Notes under the pieces: generated by a model
Database searches by the model: none
What the model saw: the letters and a program-made list of their open reading frames with translations, nothing else
Told to the model about the DNA's origin: nothing
Program-made: the position numbers and the translations under genes
In this document: positions 13,323-28,130 of the stretch, piece by piece
How positions within the stretch are numbered: position 1 is the first letter of the stretch
How the letters are laid out: each line of letters starts with the position of its first letter
Assembly (NCBI RefSeq): GCF_009914755.1
Contig: NC_060928.1
Reading direction: 5' to 3' (one strand)
DNA length: 64,000 bases
Source of the DNA: the human T2T-CHM13v2.0 reference genome, Homo sapiens

Positions 13323-15344
13323 ATTTTTTTAAATGGGTATAATTTTAAGAAGTGTGGAGGGAACTGCGTAAAGAACAGTGTGGAAGTCGGAAACCTTGTA
13401 GCGTAGTATGCAACAGCAGAGCAGCACTTATTCGCAGGACTATGAGGTACTTGCACTGGAGGAAGAAGACATGAGTCTAAAGTGTTGAAAGTGTTAATGG
13501 AAGAGTCCACATTTCAGATGGCAGGATTTTAACAGAAAGTCAGTTGAGAGAGTGGGCTATTTTCAGGGCATATGAAGCACAGATATTAACAAGAGGTGAA
13601 AATCCCAGTGCCTCTTCCAAAGAGAAGGCAACAATGACTCACTAATATAAGTCTACATTCGGTGTCAGGAGAGTGTGTCTTGGGAGATGAGGAAACTTGG
13701 ACTTGAATGAGTGTGAGCTGTCAGTAAGAGAGCCACAAACGCAGTCAGAAATGTTCCAAGGTGACCCAAAACAGCTGACCTGAACACCAAACTGTAGTCA
13801 GAAAAATTCAGTTGGTAGTCCTTGCTTTTACAACTTTTAGGAAACTGAAGAGCTAGGTTATTAAATAACTCTCCCATAATCACATATTTCATTGTTTATA
13901 ATAGTGAAATCATAATTTGTGATTTCTGAATCATTTTTTCATAAGATTTCAAAGATTTCCTTCGTAAGAATAAAGTAAAAACTATTCACCAGTTTCTCCC
14001 CAGAATGTGATTTCCTACTTGAATATCACCACAGGTGGGGTTCTTAGATACCTGAGTCACACTGTTTCTTGTTAACTGATTATTCCATGACCCTTTTCAC
14101 CTTTGAAGGGGCACTGTCCAAAGCAGAGGATAACTATAGCTGATCTGATTGGGTTCTAATACAGCTCTGTAACCCTCAGGATTACCACAGATGACAATAA
14201 ATATATACCCTTTTTTATAAATGAAGAAATAAGTATAAAGAAAATAAATTGCCACTGAAGTCACACATCAAATTGATAGGCAAAGGGGCTGTGTGGCTTT
14301 GTTCAAGCTACCAAAGCCAAAAGCACCATCATTTATTTATCTGCAAAGCCAGGATAATAAGAATGTCTTCTTCATAGGGTAATTGTAAGGGTTAAATGAG
14401 ATAGTCTACATAAATGCTAAGCACAGTGCCTGGCCATAAATATGCCCTGCTATTTTGACCTGTTATTTTGGTTTGATTTCTCTATGCAGTTGAGTAGAAC
14501 ATATGTGACACATAAAATTCTCACCAGAAAGAAGCACAAGCTAATTGTTTACCTACTAAAAAGAAACAAAAATGAGTACAAGCGCTGCAGAAATCTAGGA
14601 AAATGTATTTCCTAGTTCAGGCATTGATACGTTCTTACATTTGCATGTGCTACATCATAAGCAATCAAATCAAAAGGATTTTTCAGAAAAATAAAACTAC
14701 TTTATAAATACAAAAAAACCTCTTCCTGATCTAAGAGTTTTGTAAGGTTGGATGTTTCTATGTCGAGTGCATATTTGTGTACCGTATTGTGACTAAAATT
14801 TACATAGGTTGTTGTCCACCTTCTTCATTCAAATCACTCTATATCACTTTGATTTTGGAATAAATATAATGCTAGAACTACATTTTCCCTCTATTTTAAA
14901 GCAGTCTCTTAGAAATAACTCTCAGTTTTGCATCATTCAAATTTGTGTCTTAACACTCTTATAAATATATCTTAAAATAAGATTTTCTCGCATACAATAA
15001 CACTACTAGTGTTGTTGATCTATATAAAGTGAATAATAAAAATGACAGAGTATTATCCAACTGAAAGTACCTCTAATTTAGAAATAAGGCATGATAACAT
15101 GTTATTTAACCATGCTAGGGTTTAGCTACAGATGAAATCATGTATATAAAGCTACTGTCTCCACCAGAATCAATATTGTTAAATGCCTGAGTTTCCCATC
15201 CTATATTTTCTCATACACATTGCTTTAACTGTAGGCAACATTTAACACAATTGCTCCCTCTATTTATAGCCAAAAAGTATGGGACCATCTTCAAGCAACT
15301 CACTCTACTTGGTGACATTTCCTCTTTCTTCACATTCTCCCAAT

Positions 15345-16048
15345 ATTATTAATTAAACATTTTATTTTGAGGTCATTTCTTACATAATTTGTAAGAAATA
15401 ATACAGAGAGATCCCATGTAACCTTTACCCAATTTTCCCCAACAATAACATGTTGCAAAATCATAGTACAATGTCACAACCAGGATATTGACATTGGTAT
15501 AGGAAGACCCGGAACATTTCCATCTCCACAGGGACCCCTTATGTTCCCTTTCATAGCCACACCCACTCCTCTTCCACTCCCGTCCTCTCCTTAAGCCCGA
15601 TAGCTACCAATTTGTTCTCCATTTCTATAATTTTGTCATTTCAAGAATTTTATACAAATAGAATCCTATAGTATGTGACTTTGGTAGTTGACATTTTTAC
15701 TCAACAAAATTCCCTGGAGATTCATCCAAGTTGTTGTGTACACCACTAATCTATTCTTTTTTAAAAAAAAATTTATTGATACATAATAATTATACACATT
15801 TATGAGACACATATTTTTATACATGCATACAACAAGTAATGATCAAATCAAGGTAACTAAGATATCCATCACCTCAAATATTAATCACTCTGTGTTGCAA
15901 ACATTAGAAATCTTCTCTTCTAGATATTCTGAAATATACAACAAGTTATTATTACTATAGTTACCTTACCATACTATTAAACACTAGAACTTATTCCATC
16001 TATCTAGTTGTATTTTTGTACCCATTAGCCAAATTATCTTCATTCCCC
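15345..16048 (-). mobile_element. L1MC-type 3' end (about 15345-15760) followed by an L1MA-type 3' end (about 15770-16048)
   Basis: Antisense L1M 3' UTR motifs: cacaaccaggatattgacattg and gatcaaatcaaggtaactaagatatccatcacctcaa. Confidence 0.75.
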
Positions 16049-16050
16049 CG

Positions 16051-19000
16051 GGTTCCAGAGGAACAGAATATTAAAGATGGAGTTCTTTCGGTGATTTTGA
16101 GGATTCTGGAGTTGGCTGCTTAATGTGATTAGACTCAAAAATGCTAAGGAGTGTATTTCTAATAGTATGGAGAACAATGGTAGCCCTTGGCATGAACTGT
16201 TTAGAGAGTTATGCAAAATAAATGCATTTGACCCTCCTGATTCACCACTTGTGAGAGGCAAGGAGTTTAGTGACTCTATACATAATAAATTTGACCATAT
16301 GTGGAGAACCAAGGAACATAATGAAACTGGTTGGTTGCTCCTAAGTTCACTGGACAAAGTGATGAAAGAAAATGATGAACTCAGGGATTCTGTCTCCCAG
16401 CTTCAGAAGTAGATACTGAGCCTTAAATCTGCCAAGATTGCTCTGAGTGTGAGTCTTATCATCTGTAGAGAAAAAGTTGAAATTGTGGAAAAACAGGCAG
16501 AAGCTCTTATCATACGAGTAGCTGACCTGCAATGAAAGGTACATGCACAGCCTCGCCAGGTGTCTACTGTTAAAGTGAGGGCATTGATTGGAAAGAATGG
16601 GACCCTGCAACTTGAAATGGGGATGTGTGGGAGGACCCTGATGAAGCTGGGGACACTGAGTTTGTAAACTCTAATGAATCTTTTTTGCCAGAAGAAACAA
16701 CATCCTCATTCCTATTAGTGGCAATATCCCTTCCCCGACCCACGCTGCCATCAGCCTTTGCACTTTTGTCTGAGGAGATAAACCCTGGGCTGCCTGAAGC
16801 AACAGTGATGGCCTCCCCTGAGGCAGTTGCCAGGCAAAATAATGTTGATTCTCCCTAGGAACTACCCCCAGCACCCCTGTTTGTTTCTAGAACTATAACT
16901 AGACTAAATCTGAGGTGAGTTTGACAGTGTGACCCACGAGGAGGTTCACTATACTCGAAAAGAACTGCTTGGGTTTTCTAATTTATATAAACAGAAATCT
17001 GGAGAACAGGCATGGGAATGAATATTAAAGATGTGAGATAATGGTGGACAGAACATAGAGTTGGATCAGGCTGAATTTATTGATTTGGGCCCACTAAGTA
17101 GGGACTCTGCATTTAATGTTTCAGCTCGGGAAGTTAAAAAAGGTTCTAATAGTTTATTTGCTTGGTTAGCTGAACTATGGATTAAAAGTTGGCCCACTGT
17201 GAGTGAGCTGGAAATGCCTCATCTCCCTTGGTTTAATGTAGAGGAAGGGATCCAAAGGCTTAGGGGGATTGGGATGGTGGAGTGGTTAGTCACTTTAGAC
17301 CTACTTATTCCAGCTGGGAGTGTCCAGAAGATAAACCCTTGACCAAAGCCTTGCAAAATAGATTTGTGAGGGCAGCACCTGCATCTTCGAAGAGCCCTTC
17401 TCTGTAATTGCTCTTCTCAGTATGTCAGATTTAACAGTGGGAACAACAGTCACTCAACAGGGGCCAACTGGTAGTACTCAACCATCAAAGGCAAGGTGGG
17501 CATAACTACCGTAATGGACGGTGGAGGCAAAGTGGCAATCAGAATAGTCTGACTCGTGTAGAGCTCTGGCATTGGCTAATTAATCACAGTGTTCCTAGAA
17601 CTGAAAATGATAGGAAGCCTAGTACATTCCTACTTAATTTATACAAGCAGAAAACTTCTAGGTCAAATGGACAGAAGACTAATTTGAATTATAAAAACAG
17701 AGAATCATGGCCCATCAACCAAATTCCAGAATTGAGCCAGTTTACAGACCCAGAACCCCTTGAATGAAGCAGAGGCTGGGTCCCCTTGAGGAAGGACCCC
17801 ACTACAGTACCAACAATTTATGCAGTGAATCTTTCTGCCATCCTTCCCCAAGGAGACCTTTGGCCTTTCACCTGGGTAACTGTGTAATGGAGAAAAGGAA
17901 ATGATCAGACATTTCAGAAACTACTGGACACTGGCTCTGAACTGACATTGATTCCAGGGGACCCAAAACGTCATTTTGATCCTCCAATTAAAGTAGGGGC
18001 TTATGAAAGCCAGCTAATTAATGGAGTTTTAGCTCAGGTCTGACTTACAGTGGGTCCAGTGTGTCCCTGGACTCATCCTGTTGTCATTTTCCCAGTGCCA
18101 GAATGCATAATTGGCATAGACATGCTTAGCAGCTGGCAGAACCCCCACATTGGCTCCCTGACTGGTAGGGTGAGGGCTATTATGGTGGGAAAGGCCAAAT
18201 GGAAGCCATTAGAGCTGCCTCTACCTAGAAAAATAGTAAATCAAAAACAATATTGCATCCCTGAAGGTATTGAGGAGATTAGTGCCACCATCAAGGACTT
18301 GAAAGATGCAGGGGTGGTGATTCCCACCACATCCCCATTCAACTCTTTCATTTGGCCTATGCAGAAGACAGATGGATCTTGGAGAATTACGGTAGATTAT
18401 TGTAGGCTTGACCAAGTGGTGACTCCAATTGCAGCTACTGTACCAGATGTGGTTTCATTGCTTGAGCAAATTAACACATCTTCTGGTACCTCGTATGCAG
18501 CCATTGACGTGGCAAATGCGTTTTTCTCCATTCCTGTCCATAAGGCCCCCAGAAGCAATTTTCCTTCAGCTGGCAAGGCCAGCAATATACCTTTACTGTT
18601 TTACCTCAGGGGTATGTCTACTCTCCGGCTTTGTGTCATAATCTTATTTGGAGAGACACTGATCGCTTTTCACTTCTGCAAGATATCTCTCTGGCCCATT
18701 ATTACATTGATGACATTATGCTAATTGGATCCAGTGAGCAAGAAGTAGCAAACACACTTATTGGTGAGATATTTGCATGCCAGAGGATGGTAAATAAACC
18801 TGACTAAAATTCAGGGACCTTTTACCTTAGTAAAATTTCTAGGGGTCCAGTGGTGGGGGGCCTGTCAAGATATTCCTTCTAGGGTGAAGGATAAGTTGCT
18901 GCATTTTGTACCTCCTACAACCAAGAAAAAGGCACAATGCCTAGTGGGCCTACTTTTATTTTGGAGGCAACACATTCCTCATTTGGGTGTGTTACTCTGG

Positions 19001-20234
19001 CCCATTTATCCAGTGACCCAAAAAGCTGCCAGTTTTGAGTTGGGTCCAGAACAGGAGAAGGCTCTGCAACAGGTCCAGACTGCTGTGCAAGCTGCTCTGC
19101 CACTTGGGCCGTATGACCCAGGAGATCCAGTGGTGCTTGAGGTGTCAGTGGGAAATAGGGATGTTGTTTGGAGCCTTTGGTAGGTCTTCATAGGTGAATC
19201 ACAGTGGAGGTCTCTAGGATTTTAGAGCAAGGCCCTGCCATCTTCTGCAGATAACTACTCTCCTTTCGAGAGACAGCTCTTGGCCTCGTACTAGGCTTTG
19301 GTGGAAACTGAACGTTTGACTATGGGTCATCAAGTCATCATGCAACCTGACCTGCCTATCATGAACTGGCTGCTTTCTGACCCATCTGGCCATAAAGTGG
19401 TCATGCACAGCAGCATTCCATCATCAAATGGAAGTGGTATATATGTGATTGGGCTCCAGCAGATCCTGAAGGCACAAGTAAGTTACATGAGGAAGTAGCT
19501 CAAATGCCCATGGTCTCCACTTCTGCCACCCTACAATCTCTCCCCCAGCCTGCACTGATGGCCTCATGGGGAGTTCCCTGTGATCAGTTGACAGAGGAAG
19601 GGAAGACTAGGGCCTGGTTCACAGATAGATCTGCACGATATGCAGGCACCACCTGAAAGTGAATAGCTGCAGTGCTACAGCTCCTTTCTAGGACATCCGT
19701 GAAGGACAGCAGAGAAGGGAAATCTTCCCAGTGGGCAGAACTTCCAGCAGTGCACCTGGTTGTGCACTTTGCATGGAAGGAGAAATAGCCAGATGTGCGA
19801 TTATATATGGTTCATGGGATGTAGCCAATGGTTTGGCTGGATGGTCAGGGACTTGGAAGAAGCATGATTGGAAAATCGGTGACAAAGAAATTTGGGGAAG
19901 AGGTATGTGGAAGGACCTCTCTGAGTGGTCAAAAACTGTGAAGATATTTGTGCCCCATGTGAGTGCTCACCAATGGGTGACCTCAGTAGAGGAGGAGTTT
20001 AATAATCAAGTGGATAGGATGACCTGTTCTGTGGACACCACTCTGCCTCTTTCCCCAGCCACCCCTGTCATTGCCCAATGGGCCCAAGAACAAAGTGGCC
20101 ATGGTGGCAGGGATGGAGGTTATGCATGGGCTCAGCAACATGGATTTCCACTCACCAGGGAAGACCTGGCTACAGCCACTGCTGAGTGCCCAATTTGCCA
20201 GCAGCAGAGACCAACACTGAGCCCTCGATATGGC
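16051..20234 (+). mobile_element. HERV-L/ERVL internal region (decayed gag-pro-pol), no LTRs
   Basis: Gag-like PWHELFRELCKINAF; protease LLDTGS at 17921; [14 protein letters not shown] and YIDD at 18703; RNase H WFTD at 19615; integrase zinc finger HGGRDG...CPIC; many stops and frameshifts. Confidence 0.95.
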
Positions 20235-20646
20235 TTAAAATAACAGAAATGTATTGTCTTACAGATCCGTAGGCAGAAGTTCAAAATCAAGGTGTTGGCA
20301 AGGCCCTGCTCCCTGCAGAGACTCTAGGATGGATTCTTACTTGCCTCTTCCAGCTTCTGCTGATTCTGGGTATTTCCTGGCCTGTGTATGCATAACTCCA
20401 ATCTCTGCCTTGTCTTCACATTGTCTTCTCCTTTGGGTGTCTCTCTCAAATCTCCCTTGGCCATTCTCTTATAAAAACACTTGTCATTGGATTTAGGGCC
20501 CATGCAAACATCAGGATAATTTTATCATGAGATCTTTTACTTAATTATGTCCACAAAGACTATTTTCCATCTAAGGTCATGTTCATAGATTCTGGGTGTA
20601 CAGGCATGGACATACCTTGTTGGAGGCCACCTTTCAACCCATTACA
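20231..20646 (-). mobile_element. MaLR LTR (MLT1C-type), partial
   Basis: tggcttaaaataacagaaatgtattgtcttacag...ttcaacccattaca; one end is missing at the HERV-L junction. Confidence 0.85.
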
Positions 20647-20919
20647 GAGGTTGAACAACATCCTCAAATCCACACAGATACTAAGGGTCAAATTCTAGGT
20701 GTCTCACCCCAGGGTACATGCTCTCAATCACTTCACTATGTTTACCGGCTCTCTGACAAGCCATGTGTTCATCAGTGAAAATATTTATGAGTTAGAAAAA
20801 TACGTGCTATTTTTCTGTAAAACATAAAGCACCTAATATGTGATATGCACAAGGCATTATGAAAATGCTATTTTTAACTTTTGTTAAAATACACAAAGCT
20901 CAAAACCATCGAATATAAA

Positions 20920-21217
20920 TGATATGTATTGTTTTTAAAGGGATTTATTTCATTTAGAAAATATTGAAATGACCACATCATCTTTCTCAGTTTTAGCATT
21001 TTATACTTCTGTTAACTCACTACTATCTAGTTGGTTTAAATACAAATGGACAACGCTGACAATTGCAGTAACTTATTCATCCCCATCCAGGTAGTTTGGT
21101 TTATCTCTATGGATTTAATTATTATAATGTCCAATCAGAATACTGCAATAGTCTTATCCAAAAACTGGAATTGAGTTCCTGTGTAGATGCTATTAAATGC
21201 TGTGGCCAAACTATACT
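20920..21217 (-). other. Candidate terminal exon / 3' UTR of the minus-strand transcript
   Basis: Acceptor ttccttctttgcttcttcacag|AGTATAG; minus-strand AATAAA at 20944-20949. Confidence 0.4.
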
Positions 21218-21904
21218 CTGTGAAGAAGCAAAGAAGGAATGACTGACTGATAAATTTTCTCACCAAATCTTTTATCTTTTACTTTATTTTGGTTACAAAT
21301 TAGATAAGAAGATACTCGGGCTGCTGAAACTGTTTCTTGAAGTTTTTTAAGATACTCTAGCCCAATGGCTCTTAAGTGATCCATTAGTTTGGAAAAATAA
21401 AGAAAACGTAATAGTCTTTTGACTCCATTTGTCTAGAGGAGAAATTCATTCTCTGCATGATTGCATAATGATGGAACATTATCAACCTCACTCTTTAATG
21501 GTCCATAACAAAATAAGCACTAAGAGGGCTGATAAGCATAAGACCCATCCCACCTCCCAAAAAAAAATTACAGCTACCTGCTCTGAGCACCACTAAAGCG
21601 AATGAGAAAAATAGCCCTTTTTTCCAGAGGAATAAATTTATGTGATAGACTGCCAACCAGAATTCTTTTGGCATGGGGTATCCTTCTTTTAAATATCTTG
21701 TTATTGCTTCGGACACAGAAAACTTATTTGTATGCAGCAGGCATATAGTAAAAGAGTCAAAAACAAAGGGTAAGACTGAGAGATACTGTCAACTTTCAAA
21801 TACAGATGCTGCAAATAAACTAAATACAGTTCAGATACAAATATAGAATTTTTTAATCAAATTAGGGAAGGTCATTATCTTTCTTACAAAACTGTAGAGC
21901 TTAC

Positions 21905-21952
21905 CGAACCTTTGTTACTTTGCTTCGACGGGTGAGCCATTTTTTTTCTTTC
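21905..21952 (-). other. Candidate 48-nt exon
   Basis: ttttgatctctcacag|GAAAG...GGTTCG|gtaagc; retains CpGs; reads KEKKWLTRRSKVTKV in phase 2. Confidence 0.55.
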
Positions 21953-22663
21953 CTGTGAGAGATCAAAATATTCTTACCAGATGTCAAAATTTTAACTGCC
22001 TTTTTTTTTCCAGTGGTATGTGCCCAAAGCATCTTTTTTTAATTGTCCCCTTTGTCTACATAATAACTTGATGTAGAGAAGAAAGCAATGCATTAGCAGC
22101 AGTTATCAAGAAATTTACATGGCCATGGATGAAGTAGGAGAGACACAGGAAGCATAGATAAGATATAATTAAATGCCTAATATGTGTTAAAGAAAACCTT
22201 CTAAGAAGCAGTAGTAAATAAAAGATTCATAAGGAAGAGGTGGACTTGAGCTTGGCCTTGCAGTTTTGGTAGAATAAATATAAGAAAAATGGAAGGCTTT
22301 CCAGCACAAGGAAGGGTGCGAGGTGGAAATGTACATGTCTGTGTTTGCTCACTAATTTATCAGAATACCTAACATAAGGCCTGGCACACAGTTGGCACTC
22401 AGTAAATATTTGTGGATTGTTAAATGGTGAATAATGAATGCAGATAATATTGATGTTGGAATAGCCCTGCAACTTAAAGACTTCTTGAAGCTACTCTGAG
22501 TGCTTTAACATGACACAGTAAGCCACAAAGTGCACCGTTACTAACTTCCATATGTTCTCCAGCAAACGTAGACCAGCTCATCCTCAAGAATGGTGGTGAC
22601 ATTGTGAGAATGTGGACACAGCCAGACTTTTCATTCTTAAGTTAAAATTATTACAAGTCTTCC

Positions 22664-22969
22664 GCTGGGTGTGGTGGCTCAAGCCTGTAATCCCAGTACT
22701 TTGGGAGGCCGAGGCTGGTGAATCACCTGAGGTCAGGAACTGGAGACCAGCCTGACCAGCATGGTGAAACCCCGTTTCCACAAAAAATACAAAAATTAGT
22801 TGGGCATGGTGGCCTGCGCCTGTAGTCCCACCGCTCTCTCGGAAGGCTGAGACAGGAGAATTGCTTGAACCCGGGAGGCGGAGCGGCAGTGAGCCGAGAT
22901 CGCACCACGGCACTCTAGCCCGGGCAACAGAGCGAGACTCGTCTCAAAAAAAAAAAAAAAAAGAAAAAA
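22664..22969 (+). mobile_element. Alu (AluS-type)
   Basis: Full dimer with poly-A; TSD aagtcttcc. Confidence 0.95.
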
Positions 22970-23427
22970 AAGTCTTCCACTGGGTAGCCCAGGTGGGACT
23001 GGAGCAAGCAGTCAGTCTGGAATTGGGTTAGGAGGGATTTTTTGGAGCATCCATATTCCAGCCTTCATCTTGAATTCCACTACCCTTAGCATGCGTCCAG
23101 TGAGGTAGTATTGCTATATTAAAATCACTGTATCCAACAGAGGCTTTCCATGAGTGATGGCCGACTGGAGCTATTCTCTTCAAACTAGCATTCAAGTTAA
23201 GGATAACATTAGTTAAAGAACTATGAGCATAGTTTAATGAGACAGCCAAAGTTTCTATCTGCACTGGTGCTAGGTAATGCTCAAGTTCCAAGCCAACCAC
23301 CTGGAATGAAAGCATTGCTCATGGACTACTGCAAACATTGTGCCTGCTCTTCCTTTCTGATGCCATCTCTCACCTTTGGCAGGATCCACAGAGGAATGGA
23401 ATATGCTTTTGGCACTATTCCCAATTG

Positions 23428-23846
23428 AAAAGTCATGGAATCGACCTAGGTGTCTATCAGTGGTGGACTGGAGAAGGAAAAATGTGGTATGTATACACCA
23501 TAGAATACTATGCAGCCATCGGAAAGAATGACGTCATGTCCTTCACAGCAACATGGATAGAGCTGGAGGACATTAGTATAAGTGAAATAACTTAGAAACA
23601 GAAAACCAAATACCACATGTTCCCACTTATAAGTGGAAGCTAAACAATGGGTACACATGAACATGGGATGGAGATAGATATTGGGAAAGCCAAAAGGGGA
23701 GAGCTGGGGAAGGGAGTGAAGGTTGAAAAACTACCTACTGGGTACTGTGTTCACTATTTGGGTGATGTGCACATTAGAAGCCCAAACCTCATCATTATGC
23801 AATATATCCATGTAACAGACCTGCACATGTACCTCAGAACCTAAAT
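23428..23846 (+). mobile_element. L1 3' end (old L1PA/L1PB-type)
   Basis: aaaatgtggtatgtatacaccatagaatactatgcagccat...gtaacagacctgcacatgtacc. Confidence 0.88.
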
Positions 23847-24897
23847 TTTTTTAATGTGCTTTTGAGCACTTATTGCATTTATTGGATAAAGGCTTGTATG
23901 TTTATGCTCCTTGATTTTAGAGCAGATGGTTAATGGATTTGTTAGTGTGTGTTATATATAGGCTCAAATGGCTTTCCCTAAAAGTAAGCCAGAAACTGAA
24001 TGGAATTCTTTTATTTATCTGTGGCTGTTGGTAGATAGCACTACTCATGTGCATCCATAGTTCCTGAAAGAAGTCTCTGATCTCTCAGCTAGTTTGTAAT
24101 TTCTCTAATACTTTTTAATTCTACTTTTTATACATGGTAAATATTACTTATATTGAAATATTATCCATTCTACTTGGCTTCCACAAAGTGCCATCCAGCA
24201 AAAGAATGACACCTAGCATGCTCTCTCGTCTTCTTCTTCCCATTCCTCTCACTATCCATGATCAACAGTGCTTTTCTGAAGATTTATTAGGCAAAAAATA
24301 TAGGTAGGAAAACAGCATGACCTGTACACCTCCTTTCCCACCTGTGCCTATTGGTATGAGTCAAATTTACTATAGTATAATGCTTTTCTAGTGCTAGTAT
24401 TGAGGACAGGATTAACATCAACACAATAGACTGTATTTTATCACTATATCCCGTTGAACCTAGTTCAGCCTACTATATTTCTGATCTCATGAGCTACCAA
24501 ACTTTTATGTGAAGTCCTGGCAAAAAATTGGGATAAAAACCTCAATGGAAAAAAACAAGAACATCCCTGGTGTCAAATAAAGGAGAGGAGTAATCAGTAT
24601 TTATTTTATATTTAAATGTTTCAGTGTATATGACAGAATGGTACTCTCTTCCCAAATATTAATTTTACATTCAGGTATGCATACATTGTGGAATACATTT
24701 TGTCACACTTCAAAATTTTTTAGGATTATCACTGAGATGTATGTGGGTGGGGGAAGAGACTATATAGATAGTCTCATAGAAGATATGATGAGTAAGTTGG
24801 TCTAAAAAGAAGCACTTACCTGACAAGCAGCCTAGGAAGGATGTTTATGAGAGGCTTCTCATTATCATATCCTTGACCCAACCACTTCATTTCTTAC

Positions 24898-25042
24898 TTT
24901 GAAAACTCATCACCTACATGGCAAACATTTTCTGTTGAATTTTCTTGTCTATATTCTTCCCTAGGAGGGCCCAACCTGTGAGGGCTCTGTTCTTTTTGTG
25001 TTGCTTTTCCATAATTTGTATTTTTATCTTGATAGCCCTCAT
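24898..25042 (-). other. Candidate 145-nt exon
   Basis: ctgcag|ATGAGG...TCAAA|gtaaga; stop-free phase 1 to 2 reading EGYQDKNTNYGKATQKEQSPHRLGPPREEYRQENSTENVCHVGDEFSK; phase-compatible with the 48-nt exon. Confidence 0.4.
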
Positions 25043-25056
25043 CTGCAGTTTTTTAA

Positions 25057-25484
<428 letters not shown>

Positions 25485-26379
25485 AGGAAACATTTTTTTA
25501 AGTAACTTTATGTATGGGAAAATATGCAACATCAGGTCATTTGGCATCCACAAATGAAACAAATTTACAATACAAAGTTATCCACCTCCTCAATTCATCA
25601 ATTTACTGTTGTATCTCCAGATCAGTTCTTTCAATTATAACCAAATATCCATAAAGACTGGTATTACATATTGACAGCACTTCGAGTTTGCTGTCTTAAA
25701 TTTGTAACGGACAAAGGTAGGTAGAAACGGCAAGAAGCTTCTTAACTCTAACATACGACATTTTAAAATTACTTCAATCAGCTGAAAACCAGTTTATAAT
25801 GCCCAAGATATGACATATTTTTAAATGCAAATTATTTAGAAATGACCTTCTGTTTTACTGTACTTTTAACCATTACTGGTCTTTGTAAGCAAGAAATGGA
25901 TTAATAACTTCATTACAAAGATGATAGGTACTACATCTTATTCATACTGATATCTCCAGCCTAGTCCAGGCCCTGATATTCAATAATACTTCACTGAGCA
26001 AAATCATAAATTAATGAATACATGAATGAATGAAGAACAAATGCATAAAATCACCTGCAGAAAATTAAATAAGATACACATTAATAGAAAGCTCTACATT
26101 TGCAATAATTTTAACATATTAAAGTGTTAAATTGCTTTTAACACTCTAGTAATATATTTATATCAAAGATCCCATCTAGGACTACAGATGGGGATCCTTG
26201 CCTTAAAAATAATTTCACTTACATTATTCAACAAATGTTTCTTCAAAAAGATGATGGCAGAAACATCACAAAATGGGGAATTTTGCACAATTGCACTGAC
26301 ACTGTGTAAGTAAAGATATTTATCCAAGGCAAAAACAATTATCATTAGAGCAAAGAGAAATGTTCATATTTAGGGAACT

Positions 26380-26702
26380 GGCTAGAATGAGCTAAGTTAC
26401 ACTAAGGAACAAACAACCCCAAATCTCAGTGGCTTAGAACGACAGAGGCTTATTTCTCACCTATATGCTATGTCTTTCCCAGAGTGGCTGAAGTTTCTGC
26501 TTTATAGCATCCCATTCTAAGACCTTGTTGATAGAGCAGCCACCATCTCCTATACATCCAGTCCTTGAGTCAAAGTGGAAAGACAGCTCTGAAGACTCTT
26601 GCACCAGCAATTAGATGCCAGTCACCTGATCCACAGGAAGCCCAATCTTACAATCTGCCCAGAAGAAAAAGGTAGGTAAAATATTTCATAATGACTACCA
26701 CA
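26380..26702 (-). mobile_element. Old MaLR LTR (MLT1J/K-like)
   Basis: aacaaacaaccccaaatctcagtggcttagaacgacagaggcttatttctcac...atgactacca. Confidence 0.65.
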
Positions 26703-26865
26703 TTTAGAAAGTAAATTCTTGCTGATTACCATTCAAACTATAAAATCCTATATAATTCCTAGAAGAATAATGTACTAAAAATATGTATTTGAACACTGCC
26801 AACTTCATTTTCCTGGTTCGTAGGTAAGTAAAAGGAGCTTTATGGTTCAGGATAAAATCATGTAC

Positions 26866-26965
26866 CTTCTGGTGTGCCTCCAAGGTGACAGACTGAGCCC
26901 AAGCAGGATCTCTGCACCCACCCAGGTACAGCTCACTGGAAATATTGCAGTTGTTTGCAGAACAC
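26866..26965 (-). other. Candidate 100-nt exon
   Basis: gttctgtgttccttttag|GTGTTC...CAGAAG|gtacat; two frames are open. Confidence 0.45.
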
Positions 26966-27097
26966 CTAAAAGGAACACAGAACTGCGAACACTGTACTTA
27001 GGGGACATAACTTTTTGCAAGTTATAAGGAGCAGAGATACTAGATGGCAAAGATTTAACAATAAGGCAGATGTCAATGTTTTCCAAATGGGAGAATG

Positions 27098-27098
<1 letters not shown>

Positions 27099-27138
<40 letters not shown>
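27099..27138. repeat. (TG)20 microsatellite
   Basis: Perfect dinucleotide run. Confidence 0.98.
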
Positions 27139-27140
<2 letters not shown>

Positions 27141-28130
27141 TGCTTACACTTCACCTGGCGGCACTTCCCAAGGAACCAAGAGAAATTGGGTATAACCCAG
27201 TAAAGAGAAAGAAGAATAAGGTGGTCTTAGGTTGTAAATTTCAGAACTTCTGAAAGATTTAAATATTGAATATCTGATCTCTTTGCAAGAACCAACAAAG
27301 ATTTATGAGGAGAAAGTGTGAAGGGGACAGCATTTCTAATGAGTTAATGTTCTGAGCCGACCCGCCTACCCCCATGAAGAGAACAAGGGGCCCCATTTAC
27401 TGCTCCTCCCACCTCTGCCTTCGGAGGAGATTCTGTCTCTGACCAACTAGTTCAAGGACTCTTGCAATCTGAAAAAGAAAATGGGCAGAAAACAATTGAA
27501 CCTAAAAATATGAAAGAAAAGAGAGGGATGCCTAAGGAGAAATGGAAAAGTAAGTAGAAGAGAACAAAACAAAAAGAGAGGCCAGTTAATGGAGAAAGAG
27601 AAAGAAACCGAGAGAAGAAAGTACGCTGTGGGATTCAAAATGATAAGAGGATTTATTTTGTGAGCTTCTGCTTGTGTGTTGAGGGTGGAGGGTCACACAC
27701 AGATGAGAGGCTCAAACAAAAATGATATGAAAGGGAATTGAGAAGAAGCGGGAAAAGGAGCATGAGAAATATTCCCTGGGTTTATGAATTGCATTCCCTT
27801 TATTGTTTTCCAGAGACTGAATGTTTTCATTACTTTTGGTTATTTGGATATGCTTAGATGAATAGGACTCCGTAAGGTTTTCATTTATCTTTAAATACAC
27901 AGTTAAGAAACTGCTGTAATTTATTTAGAAATGTATGAATGAATACATCATAATACATTTAAGAAATATCAAAGAATGTTGGTCTTTGGTCAACTGAAAA
28001 AAAAAAAAAGGTTGATTGTCAGCATCCTTTTAAAGGTCCTCTTTTCATAGACTGAAAATAGCTTCCAGGCTTTTTTGCGATGCTGTTATTGGCCTTCTTC
28101 ACTGCTTTTGGACCCTGGGTCAGGTATCAA

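Noticed and set aside
18050-20243. 224-aa, 99-aa and 170-aa ORFs as a domesticated retroviral gene
   Set aside because: These are frameshifted, stop-ridden fragments of ordinary HERV-L pro/pol.
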